Shown: positions 30,297 to 41,099 of the stretch, piece by piece
Layout of the letters: each line of letters starts with the position of its first letter
Position numbering within the stretch: position 1 is the first letter of the stretch
Source of the DNA: Syntrophales bacterium
GTDB lineage: Bacteria > Desulfobacterota > Syntrophia > Syntrophales > UBA2210
Direction: 5' to 3'
Length of the DNA: 64,000 nucleotides
Assembly (NCBI GenBank): GCA_963666365.2
Contig: CAXXNF010000002.1
Span: 672,001 to 736,000, forward strand
Position numbers and translations under genes: made by a program
The notes under the pieces: generated by a model
What the model saw: the letters and a program-made list of their open reading frames with translations, nothing else
The model's database searches: none
What the model was told of the DNA's origin: nothing

Positions 30297-30398
30297 TCAA
30301 AAGTTTAAGTACGCATGTTAATCGTCGTCACCGAAAGGCCCTTCCCGCTGAGGGACCCGTCACTGCGACTGAACATCAAAGGAAAGGATACCCACTCC

Positions 30399-30677
30399 GT
30401 GACCACTTTATACCGTTGTAAAAAAACATCCCTTTTTATTACAGAGCCCTGTGATGACAAAACATGCGAATGGTGGCTGAAAAGCGACACATTCTGCAAC
30501 TGCACCTGGGTCGCGTGCAATTATGGTCCCTTTACCCTTGAAGAAGTGGGAGAAATGATGGGCGTAACCCGGGAGCGCATACGCCAGATAGAAGCGAAGG
30601 CCCTGAAAAAACTTCAGCACAAAAAACGTAAAGACCAGCTGCTTGATTTTGCAAACCACTATTACGAAGAGAAATAG
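30399..30677 (+). CDS. Small Cys-rich protein with a stand-alone sigma70 region 4 HTH
   Basis: 6 Cys in the first ~40 aa, then [39 protein letters not shown] before GTG 30399 (alternative start 30315). Confidence 0.85.
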   Translation: MTTLYRCKKTSLFITEPCDDKTCEWWLKSDTFCNCTWVACNYGPFTLEEVGEMMGVTRERIRQIEAKALKKLQHKKRKDQLLDFANHYYEEK

Positions 30678-30678
30678 T

Positions 30679-31458
30679 CTAGCGCTCCTTCTCTTTTCGC
30701 GATCTCAATTCATTAAGAAAAGTCTCCATATATTCCCTTCTCTCGCTCCGTGAGAAGAGGATCGACGTCACTTCAAATTCATATTCCAGCGCGGTATTCT
30801 TGTCGAGACGCGGAACAATATCGGAGAGTCTCTTCACGGCTTCCACCGTTCGGGCCGGCCTGAGCGACAATTCCCGGGCAAAGGATTTCGCCTCATCCAT
30901 AAAGGCATCGGGAGGCAGCACCTTGTTGACAAGTCCGATGCGCAACGCTTCCTTTGCCCCGATCGGCTCACCGAGCATGGTGATTTCTTTTGCCTTTGCC
31001 GTCCCTACAATGCGCCGAAGCGGATCAAAAAGAGGATTTAACCCGAATTTCAATTCGGGATGACCGAAAATGGCCGTTTCAGAGGCAACAATGAGATCGC
31101 ACACAACGGCAAGATTAAAACCTCCTCCCAGGGCTATTCCACCCACGGCGGCAACAACCGGTTTCTTGAACGTATAAATCTTCTGGAGATATTTGATCAT
31201 CGAAGTGATGTAGTCGTCCAATAGACTGCCTGAAAGATTTGCCAGTTCCTTCAGATCGATGCCTGCCGAAAATACGTATTCTCCCCCGGTCAGCACCACC
31301 GCACGGATGTCGTCGTCATCCTCCATCGCATTGAAACAATCAATAAGTTCTCTTTGCATGTCCATGCAAAGAGCGTTCATTTCTTTCGGCCTGTTCAGCG
31401 TGACTACGCAGAAATTATTTTCCCTTTCGACCTGCAGCATTGTATAGGTGTGTTGCAT
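30679..31458 (-). CDS. Enoyl-CoA hydratase/isomerase family protein
   Basis: TLNRP..MNAL, FSAGIDL, KPVVAAVGGIALGGG, HPELKFG. Confidence 0.92.
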   Translation of the reverse strand: MQHTYTMLQVERENNFCVVTLNRPKEMNALCMDMQRELIDCFNAMEDDDDIRAVVLTGGEYVFSAGIDLKELANLSGSLLDDYITSMIKYLQKIYTFKKPVVAAVGGIALGGGFNLAVVCDLIVASETAIFGHPELKFGLNPLFDPLRRIVGTAKAKEITMLGEPIGAKEALRIGLVNKVLPPDAFMDEAKSFARELSLRPARTVEAVKRLSDIVPRLDKNTALEYEFEVTSILFSRSERREYMETFLNELRSRKEKER

Positions 31459-31518
31459 CGTATGAGTTATCCACCATCTTCTTTATGTTTTTGCATTACT
31501 GAAACTTCTTTTTCATGA

Positions 31519-32433
31519 TTACAGTCTGTCTCCCATCCCAACGGGATAGAGATACTGTATCCCCGTATCGTGGTTCAACAGGGTCTCTGAAATCTCCGAC
31601 AGGCTTTCACTGATAAGATAACGCAGGAGGCTTATTCTCTTCTTCGGGTATACCACTACGGGTTTCCCTGTGATGCCGGCAATACGCGCCGCCACTTCAA
31701 TTGAGTCATCAAAACTGCCCAGTTCATCTACAAGACCATAATCAAGAGCCTGTCGGCCGGTAAAAATCCTGGCATCCGCAAGGGCACTGACCTTTTCTGC
31801 GGGTATTCTGCGACTCGTTGCTATCGCGTCGACGAATTGAGCGTGAATGTCGTCGGTAACTGACTGTATAATCTTTTTTTCTTCATCCGTCATGTCCCTG
31901 AATGGGGATCCGACATCCTTGTATTTTCCGCTTTTGATCACCGTTGCCTTCAGCCCGATTTTTTCAAGAAGTTGATCAATCTGCGAGAACTGAATGATGA
32001 CGCCGATACTCCCCGTGATGGTTCCGGGGTTGGCTACAATTCTGTCCGCGGCAACTGCAATATAATACCCTCCCGACGCCGCCAGGGAACCCATCGATGC
32101 AACGACTATTTTCCGCTCTTTTACCTTCAATAGTTTGTCATAGATTTCTTGCGAGGGAACAACAGCGCCGCCGGGTGAATTTACCCTGACAACGATTGCC
32201 CGAATGTCATCATCGTCTTCATAGACTTGGAGTTGCTCAATGACATATGCGGCATCGGAAATTACGCCTTCTACGGACACTACGCCGATCTTATCGCCGC
32301 CAGCAAGAGAGGCGCCTCCACGGATGTAGGACACAATGCCGTGAGTGAGAAGAAAAAAAACAGAGCCTACTGCTGCAAGCAGCAGCAGGCCATATATTAT
32401 AGGATGTTTTTTCATTTCCCGATGAAATGACAC
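31519..32433 (-). CDS. sppA: Signal peptide peptidase SppA (36K type)
   Basis: VNSPGG, AASGGYY, TGSIGV, SGKYKD, N-terminal TM. Confidence 0.95.
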   Translation of the reverse strand: MSFHREMKKHPIIYGLLLLAAVGSVFFLLTHGIVSYIRGGASLAGGDKIGVVSVEGVISDAAYVIEQLQVYEDDDDIRAIVVRVNSPGGAVVPSQEIYDKLLKVKERKIVVASMGSLAASGGYYIAVAADRIVANPGTITGSIGVIIQFSQIDQLLEKIGLKATVIKSGKYKDVGSPFRDMTDEEKKIIQSVTDDIHAQFVDAIATSRRIPAEKVSALADARIFTGRQALDYGLVDELGSFDDSIEVAARIAGITGKPVVVYPKKRISLLRYLISESLSEISETLLNHDTGIQYLYPVGMGDRL

Positions 32434-32462
32434 CGCCCGTACTTCACGAAAAGAAACCGTTG

Positions 32463-34217
32463 TTACAGTTTTATACCGGACAACAGGTCTCCAAGATTTG
32501 AAACAACTTTTTCGTTATTGTTCACGTATTGGTTTTGTGAAGACTGATCTGTTGATATTTCGAAATCTTTTATGCTGAGTCCTACCTTCTGGTTTGCCAC
32601 ATCGATATTCTTGATGATGGCTGACACGGAATCCCCTACCTTAAACACATCCTTCGTGGACTTTACACGATTTCTGCTCAGCTCGGATATGTGAACCAAT
32701 CCCTCAATTCCCTCTTCAATTTCGACAAAGATTCCGAAATCAGTTACGTTGGTCACCGTTCCCGATACCACGGCGCCCGTTCCCACCTTCACACTGAGCT
32801 CTTCCCAGGGGTTCATCTCCAGTTGCTTGATGCCGAGTGAAAACTTCCCGTTCTCCGCATCAATACTCAACACAACCGCTTCAATTTCCTGGCCCTTTTT
32901 ATACAGTTCCGAGGGATGCTTTACCCGTTTTCGCCATGACAGGTCGGACACGTGGACCAAACCGTCGATTTCATCATCAATGCCCACAAATATTCCGAAA
33001 TCGGCGATATTTTTGATCTTGCCTTTGATGACCTGTCCTTCCGGATATTTTTCCTTAAGCTCTTCCCAGGGATTTGACATGGTTTGTTTGAGTCCCAAAG
33101 AAATCCTTTTGTTGTCGGGATCAACTTCCAGTACCTGAACACTTACGGTATCTCCCACGGACACGACCTTGGAGGGGTGTTTGATTTTCTTTGTCCAGAA
33201 CATTTCGGATACATGCACCAGTCCTTCAACACCCGGCTCTACTTCCACAAAGACCCCGTAATCCATGATGCTGACTATCGTTCCTTCAACTGTGGCGCCG
33301 ACAGGATAGGCCTCAGTAATGGTGTCCCAGGGATTCTTGGTCAACTGCTTCAATCCCAGAGAGACCCTCCCCTTTTCCGGGTCAAAGCTCAGCACCTTGA
33401 CGGTAATGGAATCACCTTTTGAAAAACTTTCCGAAGGATGGCGGATGCGCCCCCATGACATGTCGGTAATATGCAGGAGGCCGTCTATGCCGCCGAGATC
33501 GACAAAAAGTCCGTAATCGGTGATGTTTTTGACAATACCCTCAATCACCATGCCCTCTTCCATGTTTTCGAGGACTTTGTGGCGCTGTTCTTCCAGTTCC
33601 TTTTCGAGGATCGTTTTTCTTGACAACACAACGTTGTTTCGTTTGCGGTCATATTTCAGAATTTCGAACTCCATGGTTTCGCCGATATATTTGTCAAGAT
33701 CCCTTACGGGGCGCACATCAACCTGTGAACCGGGCAGAAAGGCATAACACCCGATATCAACGGTGAGGCCGCCTTTTACCTTCTTGATAATCGTTCCGGA
33801 GACCAGGGTTCCCGCTTCATGAGCTTCTACAATATCATCCCAGACGCGTGTTCTGACCGCTTTGTCCCTTGATAAAATCAAGTCCTCTTCGGTTTTCCGA
33901 TCCACCACCACTTCTATTTCATCACCGACGGCACAGGTAATTTCTCCTGCATCATCTTTGAATTCGTTTACATTGATTCTTCCTTCGGTCTTGTATCCCA
34001 CATCGACCATTACGAAATCATCATTGATTTCAACAACTCTTCCCGTCACCATCTTGCCGGTTGATATTTCTTGCAGACTCTGTTCGAAGAGTTCGTCGAA
34101 GGTCAATGCTTCACTATGATCCGGCGCAGCGGCAACTCCCCCCCCTTCCTCTTCTTTTTTTTCTTTTTCTTTTTCTTTTACTTCCGGTTCAGATATTATG
34201 TTGTCTTCGTTAACCAT
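32463..34217 (-). CDS. rpsA: 30S ribosomal protein S1
   Basis: Six S1 repeats (FLPGSQVD, DGLLHITDMSW, EGLVHVSE, DGLVHVSDLSW). Confidence 0.97.
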   Translation of the reverse strand: MVNEDNIISEPEVKEKEKEKKEEEGGGVAAAPDHSEALTFDELFEQSLQEISTGKMVTGRVVEINDDFVMVDVGYKTEGRINVNEFKDDAGEITCAVGDEIEVVVDRKTEEDLILSRDKAVRTRVWDDIVEAHEAGTLVSGTIIKKVKGGLTVDIGCYAFLPGSQVDVRPVRDLDKYIGETMEFEILKYDRKRNNVVLSRKTILEKELEEQRHKVLENMEEGMVIEGIVKNITDYGLFVDLGGIDGLLHITDMSWGRIRHPSESFSKGDSITVKVLSFDPEKGRVSLGLKQLTKNPWDTITEAYPVGATVEGTIVSIMDYGVFVEVEPGVEGLVHVSEMFWTKKIKHPSKVVSVGDTVSVQVLEVDPDNKRISLGLKQTMSNPWEELKEKYPEGQVIKGKIKNIADFGIFVGIDDEIDGLVHVSDLSWRKRVKHPSELYKKGQEIEAVVLSIDAENGKFSLGIKQLEMNPWEELSVKVGTGAVVSGTVTNVTDFGIFVEIEEGIEGLVHISELSRNRVKSTKDVFKVGDSVSAIIKNIDVANQKVGLSIKDFEISTDQSSQNQYVNNNEKVVSNLGDLLSGIKL

Positions 34218-34315
34218 TAACTATTACCCCCTGACTGTAATATAAAACATAAAACACTTACTTTAATCCGCGAAAAGTATCACACTGAAAATGAAATATC
34301 AAGCAAATTGAGATT

Positions 34316-35023
34316 TTATTCCCTTCCCGACATGATATCAAAGGGATCGTCATTTTTCCGTTGATCCACAATTAGCCTTATCTTTTCAACGACATCATCG
34401 ATGCCCAGAGCGGTAGTGTCCACAATAATTGCATCGCCTGCAGGCTTAAGCGGCGCGATCGCTCTCGTGGTATCCTGCTCATCACGGGCCGCAATATCTT
34501 TTTTTATCTCCTCATAGGCGACGTTTTCTCCCCGTTCCATCAACTCATGATACCTGCGGCGGGATCGTTCTGCAGGATCGGCATCGAGAAATATTTTTAT
34601 ATCTGCGTCGGGAAACACTACAGTCCCCATATCACGGCCCTCCGCAATGACCTCGCCCTCTTTACCTGCCTCTCTTTGAATTTCAAGCAAGCCGGCCCGA
34701 ACAAGGGGAATTGCCGAAATCCGGGATGCCATCATGCCGACAGCTTCACCCCGAATCTTCTCCGTAACGTCAGCGCCGTCCACGATAACGCGCATACTAT
34801 TGGAATCTTTTATAATCCCGATCTTTGTTTTCTTCAAAAGCAGCGAGAGCCGCGCTTCATCTTCACCGGTCAGGTTTAATTGGATCATCCGGTAGGCGAC
34901 GGCCCGATAGAGGGCGCCCGTATCGAGATATGTATAGCCTGCCCTCTTCGCAAACAGCTTGCATACGGTGCTTTTTCCCGTTCCTGCGGGACCGTCAACC
35001 GCAATCACTATTTTTTTTCCCAT
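34316..35023 (-). CDS. cmk: Cytidylate kinase
   Basis: IAVDGPAGTGKST, LDTGALYR, EGRDMGTVVFPDA; upstream of rpsA. Confidence 0.96.
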   Translation of the reverse strand: MGKKIVIAVDGPAGTGKSTVCKLFAKRAGYTYLDTGALYRAVAYRMIQLNLTGEDEARLSLLLKKTKIGIIKDSNSMRVIVDGADVTEKIRGEAVGMMASRISAIPLVRAGLLEIQREAGKEGEVIAEGRDMGTVVFPDADIKIFLDADPAERSRRRYHELMERGENVAYEEIKKDIAARDEQDTTRAIAPLKPAGDAIIVDTTALGIDDVVEKIRLIVDQRKNDDPFDIMSGRE

Positions 35024-35124
35024 GGCGTTACAATGTTTCTCCCTTATGAAATTTACACTCCAGATTGACCCAATTGCGTACACTGCTCCTTACTGCATCA
35101 AATCCCCGCCACCTCTGCGGGCGC

Positions 35125-35523
35125 CTAGCCGCAGGCGCGCCTGCCTTTGAATGTGCGATAGGAAATGACCGCCAGAATAACTCCTAAGGCATCGAAAAGG
35201 ACATCGGCGACTGACGACATGCGACCGGGAACAAAGAACTGATGTAATTCATCGCTGATTCCATACAGTATACCTATTGATGGGGCCAGAACAGCAGCAT
35301 ATCTGACCATCGCAGGCCACGGCGCATGGATGCACATTCTCATCAGAAGCAATCCGAGCAGATAATACACCATGCAGTGCATAATCTTGTCAAACCCCCA
35401 GAATGAGGGAAGCGATTCCGGATAATGGGAGAGTGATGACAGAAAAAAAATAAGCCCGCAATAGAAGAGTGCGGGAAGGAGATACTGAAGAGTCCATTTA
35501 CTTGTATGCTGGGGAACACGCAT
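35125..35523 (-). CDS. VanZ family membrane protein
   Basis: DKIMH, YGISDELHQFFVPGR...D. Confidence 0.88.
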   Translation of the reverse strand: MRVPQHTSKWTLQYLLPALFYCGLIFFLSSLSHYPESLPSFWGFDKIMHCMVYYLLGLLLMRMCIHAPWPAMVRYAAVLAPSIGILYGISDELHQFFVPGRMSSVADVLFDALGVILAVISYRTFKGRRACG

Positions 35524-35682
35524 TTGCAACACCTGCTCAAACGATGTGAAGAGTGGTCTATCTATCACAAAAGTCCGGAAGCAGTCGAGCACTTTGATGG
35601 AATAGGGTATACAATAACTTGATCATGACAAGAAAAGAGGCTAAAATTCCCCATATACTTGAGGAGACGATACAAGGAACCT

Positions 35683-37119
35683 ATGGACATGCTGGTTCTG
35701 TCACGAAAAAAAAAGGTCATCATTACTTTTTGTACAGTTATCATGCTGTATTTTGTGCTGGTGGGAACATCATGCGCTTCTTTCACTCTCGAAGATGAAA
35801 AGCGGCTGGGGAGGGAATTTTACGAGAAGATTCGTGAAAGGGGGATGCTTCTTGAGGATCAGAATCTTGTCAAATATATTGATACAATCGGCCGTCGCAT
35901 TCTTGCGCAGGGAGATGAATATCCCCTCGATTTCACCTTTTCCGTCATTGAAAATGCGGGCATCAACGCCTTCGCCACCCCGGGAGGGTATGTGTATGTC
36001 TATGCCGGTCTTATCGGACTTGCCGAAAATGAAGATCAAATTGCCGGGGTTCTCGCCCATGAAATCGCCCACGTAAAGGCACGACACATCGCCCGCGCCA
36101 TCGAAAAATCAAAAAAGATGAATATCGCCACCATTGCCGCAATCCTTGCAGGCGCGTTTTTGGGAGGCGGTGAAGGTGCAGCGGCTCTTTCAGGACTTGC
36201 CATGGCGGCGACTACTACCATGAATCTGAAGTACAGCAGAGATCATGAAGAGGAAGCAGACAGGCTGGGAATGTCGTACATAGTAGGCGCCCGGTACGAT
36301 GAAAAGGGAATGCTGGACTTTCTCAAGCGCATGAGACAATACGAATACTACTCGAATAAAATTCCCTCATACTTTCTCACCCACCCGGGTACCGGCGACC
36401 GGATTGCCTACCTTACGGTGCTCATTCAAAGTCGCTACGCCCATACAGAAATGACAGACGCAGTGGGCGGGTTTCAACGCATCAAGACACGCCTGATGCT
36501 CGATACGCAGGATTGCGGATCAAATATGAAGTATTTTGCGGAGAAATTACGTGAAAACCCCGACGACATCGAAGCACTCTACGGTCTCGCCGTTACTGAA
36601 AGTAAAATAGGAAAAATCGAAGAATCTCACGCCCATTTTGCACGTGCGATCACGCGGGCGCCCGGCGATTACGAAATTATCAGGGACTTCGGCATCAGCT
36701 ATTATGAAGCGGGAGATACCGCCAAGGCCATTGAGTTTTTAAAAAAATCCTACGCCGTAAAAAGCGACGACCCGGAAACGCTGCGCTACCTCGGGCGTTC
36801 CTACGAGTCCACGGGGAACCTGACCACGGCTCTCGATTTATACAAAAAACTCTACGATCTGACCCCTTCTGACAGCGACATCTATTACCACCTAGCTATG
36901 ACCTACGGGAAACTTGACAATATGGGGGAATCACACTTCTATTTCGGCAAATACTTCAAGGAACAAGAGAAAAAATCAAGTGCGCTGTTCCACTTCAAAG
37001 CCGCGCTTGAGCAGGCACAACCGGAAAGCGCACGGGCGGCAGAAATCAAAGAAGAGATCGCATCTTTTGAACCGGGCCACCAGGGAAAACAAAAAAAAGC
37101 GCAATCAACCGAACATTGA
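35683..37119 (+). CDS. M48 metalloprotease with TPR repeats (BepA/YfgC-like)
   Basis: NAFATPGG, HEIAH, YSRDHEEEAD, THP; C-terminal TPR-like helices. Confidence 0.92.
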   Translation: MDMLVLSRKKKVIITFCTVIMLYFVLVGTSCASFTLEDEKRLGREFYEKIRERGMLLEDQNLVKYIDTIGRRILAQGDEYPLDFTFSVIENAGINAFATPGGYVYVYAGLIGLAENEDQIAGVLAHEIAHVKARHIARAIEKSKKMNIATIAAILAGAFLGGGEGAAALSGLAMAATTTMNLKYSRDHEEEADRLGMSYIVGARYDEKGMLDFLKRMRQYEYYSNKIPSYFLTHPGTGDRIAYLTVLIQSRYAHTEMTDAVGGFQRIKTRLMLDTQDCGSNMKYFAEKLRENPDDIEALYGLAVTESKIGKIEESHAHFARAITRAPGDYEIIRDFGISYYEAGDTAKAIEFLKKSYAVKSDDPETLRYLGRSYESTGNLTTALDLYKKLYDLTPSDSDIYYHLAMTYGKLDNMGESHFYFGKYFKEQEKKSSALFHFKAALEQAQPESARAAEIKEEIASFEPGHQGKQKKAQSTEH

Positions 37120-37185
37120 CGGGTTTCTAAAAAGAGTGCCTTTTCTCTTACTCAAACCTGTGTTATGAGTGGCAGGGAGGAATAT

Positions 37186-38700
37186 ATGAAAATAGTCGTA
37201 CGAAAAGAAAAAACCATCGCCCACAAAACGGACGCGCTGGTCCTTTTTTATTTTGAAGGCGCCGGTCTTCACAGCGCAGCGGAAGAATTGGACGGACAGT
37301 GTGATGGAATGCTGTCCCGCATGATCAAGGCGGGGGATGTGAAGGGAACGCTCTATGAGACAGCGGTGGCCTACACAGGGGGCGCAATCGGCGCCGGGAG
37401 ACTTATTCCCGTCGGTCTGGGGAAAAAGGAAGATTTTACTCGAGAGAGACTGAGGGGCGCCTCTGCTGTCGGTGCACGAAAAGTGCGGGAACTTCACATA
37501 ACGGAATATACCCTCTTGCCTTCCGGTGCACAGAGCGTACTTTCACTTAAAGACACAGTCGAGGCTGTGATAGAGGGCACCTTGCTCGGACTCTATCGCT
37601 TTACCCCCTACAAAACAAAAAAAGACGAATCTAAAGCGATTGAACGTGTGACGCTGATTACAGACAACAGCGCAGACCTTGCCGTAATGAAAGATGCGGC
37701 CCGCGCATCCGAAACGATATGCAGCGCCGTATATCTTGTCCGCGATCTTGTATCGACTCCATCAAATGAAATGACGCCGACCATTCTGGCGGAACGGGCG
37801 CGCCGTCTGACCAATACCGCCGGTTTCACCCTCAAAATAGTGGAAGAATCCGCAATGAGGCGGATGAAAATGAATGCACTGCTCGGAGTCAGCCGTGGCA
37901 GTGCCGAACCGCCGAAACTGATTGTTATGACCTACAAGGGCGCCCCGAAGGCTTTACCACCGATTGTGCTGGTAGGCAAGGGTATCACCTTTGACAGTGG
38001 GGGCATCAGTCTCAAACCTTCCGACAGAATGGATGAAATGAAAGATGATATGGGGGGCGGCGCGGTGGTTATAGCCGTGCTGAAAGCGGCAGCCGATTTA
38101 GAACTGCCGGTCAACCTGGTGGGCATTGTGCCTGCCGCGGAAAACCTCCCCAGCGGATCCGCCCTTAAACCGGGCGATGTGCTGCGCTCTCTTTCCGGTC
38201 AGACGATCGAGATAAAAAACACCGACGCCGAGGGGCGGCTCATCCTGGCCGACGCCCTTACCTATGCCCAGCGTTTCAAGCCCGAAGCGATCATAGATAT
38301 CGCCACCCTTACCGGCGCCTGCGTCGTTGCACTGGGAGACCAGATTGCCGGTATGCTCGGCACGGACGATACGGTAAAGGACATGCTGCGTCGGGCATCG
38401 GAAACCACGGGCGAGGCCCTCTGGGAACTCCCACTTCGGCAGGAGTATGAAGAGCTGCTGAAAAGCGATGTGGCCGACATGAAAAATACGGGAACCCGAT
38501 ACGGCGGTACTATCACGGCAGCCCTCTTCCTGAAAAAATTTGTCGGCGATTACCCCTGGGTGCATCTTGATATTGCGGGTCCCGTATTTATCACTCAGGA
38601 CAGGCCCTATATACCGAAGGGAGCGACAGGGATCGGGGTGCGGCTTCTGGTCCAATTCCTGAAATACTGGATTGAGAGACGTAATGGTTCGGCTTCTTGA
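37186..38700 (+). CDS. pepA: Leucyl aminopeptidase (M17)
   Basis: [31 protein letters not shown]. Confidence 0.96.
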   Translation: MKIVVRKEKTIAHKTDALVLFYFEGAGLHSAAEELDGQCDGMLSRMIKAGDVKGTLYETAVAYTGGAIGAGRLIPVGLGKKEDFTRERLRGASAVGARKVRELHITEYTLLPSGAQSVLSLKDTVEAVIEGTLLGLYRFTPYKTKKDESKAIERVTLITDNSADLAVMKDAARASETICSAVYLVRDLVSTPSNEMTPTILAERARRLTNTAGFTLKIVEESAMRRMKMNALLGVSRGSAEPPKLIVMTYKGAPKALPPIVLVGKGITFDSGGISLKPSDRMDEMKDDMGGGAVVIAVLKAAADLELPVNLVGIVPAAENLPSGSALKPGDVLRSLSGQTIEIKNTDAEGRLILADALTYAQRFKPEAIIDIATLTGACVVALGDQIAGMLGTDDTVKDMLRRASETTGEALWELPLRQEYEELLKSDVADMKNTGTRYGGTITAALFLKKFVGDYPWVHLDIAGPVFITQDRPYIPKGATGIGVRLLVQFLKYWIERRNGSAS

Positions 38701-39658
38701 AATAGAAAATCTGAAAACCTTTTTCCACACGAGAAACGGAACGGTCAAGGCCGTCGACGGCGTCGATCTTGCGCTGAACCGGGGCGACACCCTGGGGATC
38801 GTAGGAGAATCCGGCAGTGGGAAGACGGTGCTCGCCCTTTCCATTATGCGTTTGATACCGCAACCGCCCGGACACATCGCCGGGGGACGGATTTTCTTTG
38901 AAGGTACGGATCTTCTGAAACTGAGCGAACAGGAAATGAGAAACCATCGGGGGAAAGACATCGCGATGATTTTTCAGGAACCCATGAATTCACTCAACCC
39001 CGTCATCAGGATCGGCAATCAGATTGCCGAGGTGCTCAGGCGCCATGAACATACCTCAAAACAGGAAGCCATGGATCGGGCACTGGATATGCTTCGCCGT
39101 GTGGGAATGCCCTCGGCTGAGGAACGCCTCAGGCAGTATCCTCACCAGATGAGCGGGGGGATGCGTCAGCGGGTGATGATCGCCATGGCACTGGCCTGCA
39201 ATCCCCGTCTGATGCTAGCGGATGAGCCTACCACTGCCCTCGATGTGACTATTCAGGCCCAGATACTCGATCTTATCACCACACTCAAGAAGGAATTTGA
39301 CTCTTCCATTGTCATGATCACCCATGATTTGGGTGTCATTGCAGAGGCGGCGCAGTTTTCAGCAGTCATGTACGCGGGCAAGGTCGTCGAGTACTGCAGT
39401 GTTGACGATCTCTTCGACGCCCCGCTTCACCCTTATACGGAGGGGCTGATGGCATCGAGCCCGCGCCTGGATGCCGGCGCGAAACGTCGTGACTATCTGC
39501 CTGTGATCCCCGGCATGGTGCCCAGTCTGTACGATCTGCCGCGGGGATGCAGCTTTCAGGATCGCTGCCCCTACGCAATGGCGATCTGCCGGGAACGGGA
39601 ACCGGAACTGATCACGTATCGGCCTGACCACCAGACACGGTGCTGGAAATATCAGTAA
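38684..39658 (+). CDS. Oligopeptide/dipeptide ABC ATPase (OppD/DppD-like)
   Basis: [25 protein letters not shown]-terminal GCSFQDRC. Confidence 0.93.
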   Translation: MVRLLEIENLKTFFHTRNGTVKAVDGVDLALNRGDTLGIVGESGSGKTVLALSIMRLIPQPPGHIAGGRIFFEGTDLLKLSEQEMRNHRGKDIAMIFQEPMNSLNPVIRIGNQIAEVLRRHEHTSKQEAMDRALDMLRRVGMPSAEERLRQYPHQMSGGMRQRVMIAMALACNPRLMLADEPTTALDVTIQAQILDLITTLKKEFDSSIVMITHDLGVIAEAAQFSAVMYAGKVVEYCSVDDLFDAPLHPYTEGLMASSPRLDAGAKRRDYLPVIPGMVPSLYDLPRGCSFQDRCPYAMAICREREPELITYRPDHQTRCWKYQ

Positions 39659-39701
39659 ATTACCTTTGGGATTCATGCCCACAGCCAAGCGAGCCGACAT
39701 T

Positions 39702-40670
39702 ATGAACACCGTTCTTGTCGATATAAGGAATCTTAAAAAATATTTCAGAATCAGCGGCGGATTTGTCTCGGGCAATCACGGCACAGTCAAGGCTGTTAAT
39801 GACGTAACCCTTCAGATTTTAAAAGGAGAGACGCTGGGGCTTGTGGGTGAAAGCGGTTGCGGCAAGACAACGCTGGGACGAATGATCGCCCGGCTCGAAG
39901 CACCGACGGAAGGAGCAATTGCCTTCAAGGGAGAAGATATCCTTCACCATCGAGGCAAGGCTTTGAAAAACTTCAGAAAACAGGTTCAGTTTATCTTTCA
40001 GGATCCCTATTCGTCGCTCAATCCCAGGATGAGCGCCGGTGCGATAATCGGCGAACCTTTCGGCATTCATCATCTGTCACGCGGAAAGAGCAGAACTGAG
40101 GCGGTTGCCGCTCTGATGGAACGGGTGGGACTGACAAAGGAACAGATGGAGCGCTATCCCCATGAATTCAGCGGAGGTCAGCGACAGCGAATCGGAATTG
40201 CCCGGGCGCTTTCGGTCAACCCCGATCTTGTGATCGCCGACGAACCGGTGTCCGCACTGGATGTCTCGATTCAGGCGCAGATTCTCAATCTTCTGAAGGA
40301 CCTTCAGGAGGATTTCGGACTTACCTACCTCTTCATCAGTCATGACCTGGGCGTGGTTGGCCATATCAGCGATCGAATCGCGGTAATGTACCTGGGCAAA
40401 TTAGTGGAACTGGCCGATACGGAAACGCTGCTGACTCAGCCGTTCCATCCCTACACGAGGGCGCTTCTTGCGGCGGTGCCGGTCCCCAATCCTCATCACA
40501 GACGTCAGAATCAGACCCTTTCGGACGACATCCCCAGCCCTATCAACCCGCCTTCGGGATGTTCCTTCCATCCACGATGCCCTTACAAAATGGAAATCTG
40601 TGACAGGATGCCCCCTGCACTCACCCTGAAAAACGCGGGGCGCTTCGCCGCCTGCCATCTTGAAGCATAA
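39702..40670 (+). CDS. Oligopeptide/dipeptide ABC ATPase (OppF/DppF-like)
   Basis: GESGCGKT, FSGGQRQR, DEPVSALD, GCSFHPRC; start uncertain (39675 possible). Confidence 0.93.
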   Translation: MNTVLVDIRNLKKYFRISGGFVSGNHGTVKAVNDVTLQILKGETLGLVGESGCGKTTLGRMIARLEAPTEGAIAFKGEDILHHRGKALKNFRKQVQFIFQDPYSSLNPRMSAGAIIGEPFGIHHLSRGKSRTEAVAALMERVGLTKEQMERYPHEFSGGQRQRIGIARALSVNPDLVIADEPVSALDVSIQAQILNLLKDLQEDFGLTYLFISHDLGVVGHISDRIAVMYLGKLVELADTETLLTQPFHPYTRALLAAVPVPNPHHRRQNQTLSDDIPSPINPPSGCSFHPRCPYKMEICDRMPPALTLKNAGRFAACHLEA

Positions 40671-40698
40671 AGGTCGGACACAAATAGTAAAAAAATAC

Positions 40699-40727
40699 TT
40701 GACGAACGAGACGCAAAAGACTAAATA
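40699..40727 (+). promoter_or_regulatory. Possible sigma70 promoter of the tRNA pair
   Basis: TTGACG-N17-TAAATA with an A-rich upstream tract. Confidence 0.5.
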
Positions 40728-40821
40728 GGGAACCCTGTTTTTGAGGTATGTGACAGTCTCTTGTGCAGTAATGGCGCTTCCTTGACCAGGGAAGAGCTCT
40801 GTGAGAATAAAAAGCAGATAT

Positions 40822-40898
40822 GCGCCCGTAGCTCAGCTGGATAGAGTGGCAGACTTCGAATCTGTTGGTCGAAGGTTCGAATCCTTCCGGGCGTACCA
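40822..40898 (+). tRNA. tRNA-Arg (anticodon UCG)
   Basis: Cloverleaf: acceptor GCGCCCG/CGGGCGT, anticodon stem GCAGA/TCTGT, loop CTTCGAA, GTTCGAATCC T-arm, encoded CCA; 77 nt. Confidence 0.97.
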
Positions 40899-40925
40899 GA
40901 TATCACGCTGTATTTACACTATACC

Positions 40926-41001
<76 letters not shown>

Positions 41002-41009
41002 AAAAAAAC

Positions 41010-41043
41010 AAGGGGTTAGGCGATTAAAGCTTAACCCCTTTTT
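41010..41043 (+). terminator. Rho-independent terminator after the tRNAs
   Basis: AAGGGGTTAGGC / GCTTAACCCCTT stem followed by a T run. Confidence 0.8.
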
Positions 41044-41099
41044 CTACTTGCGAATATTCACCAAACCACACTCCTCCGCCATGCGGTAATACGTTCCCC

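Noticed and set aside
34140..34182. Pyrimidine-rich simple repeat
   Set aside because: Encodes the low-complexity KEKEKEKKEEEGGG N-terminus of S1, in frame.
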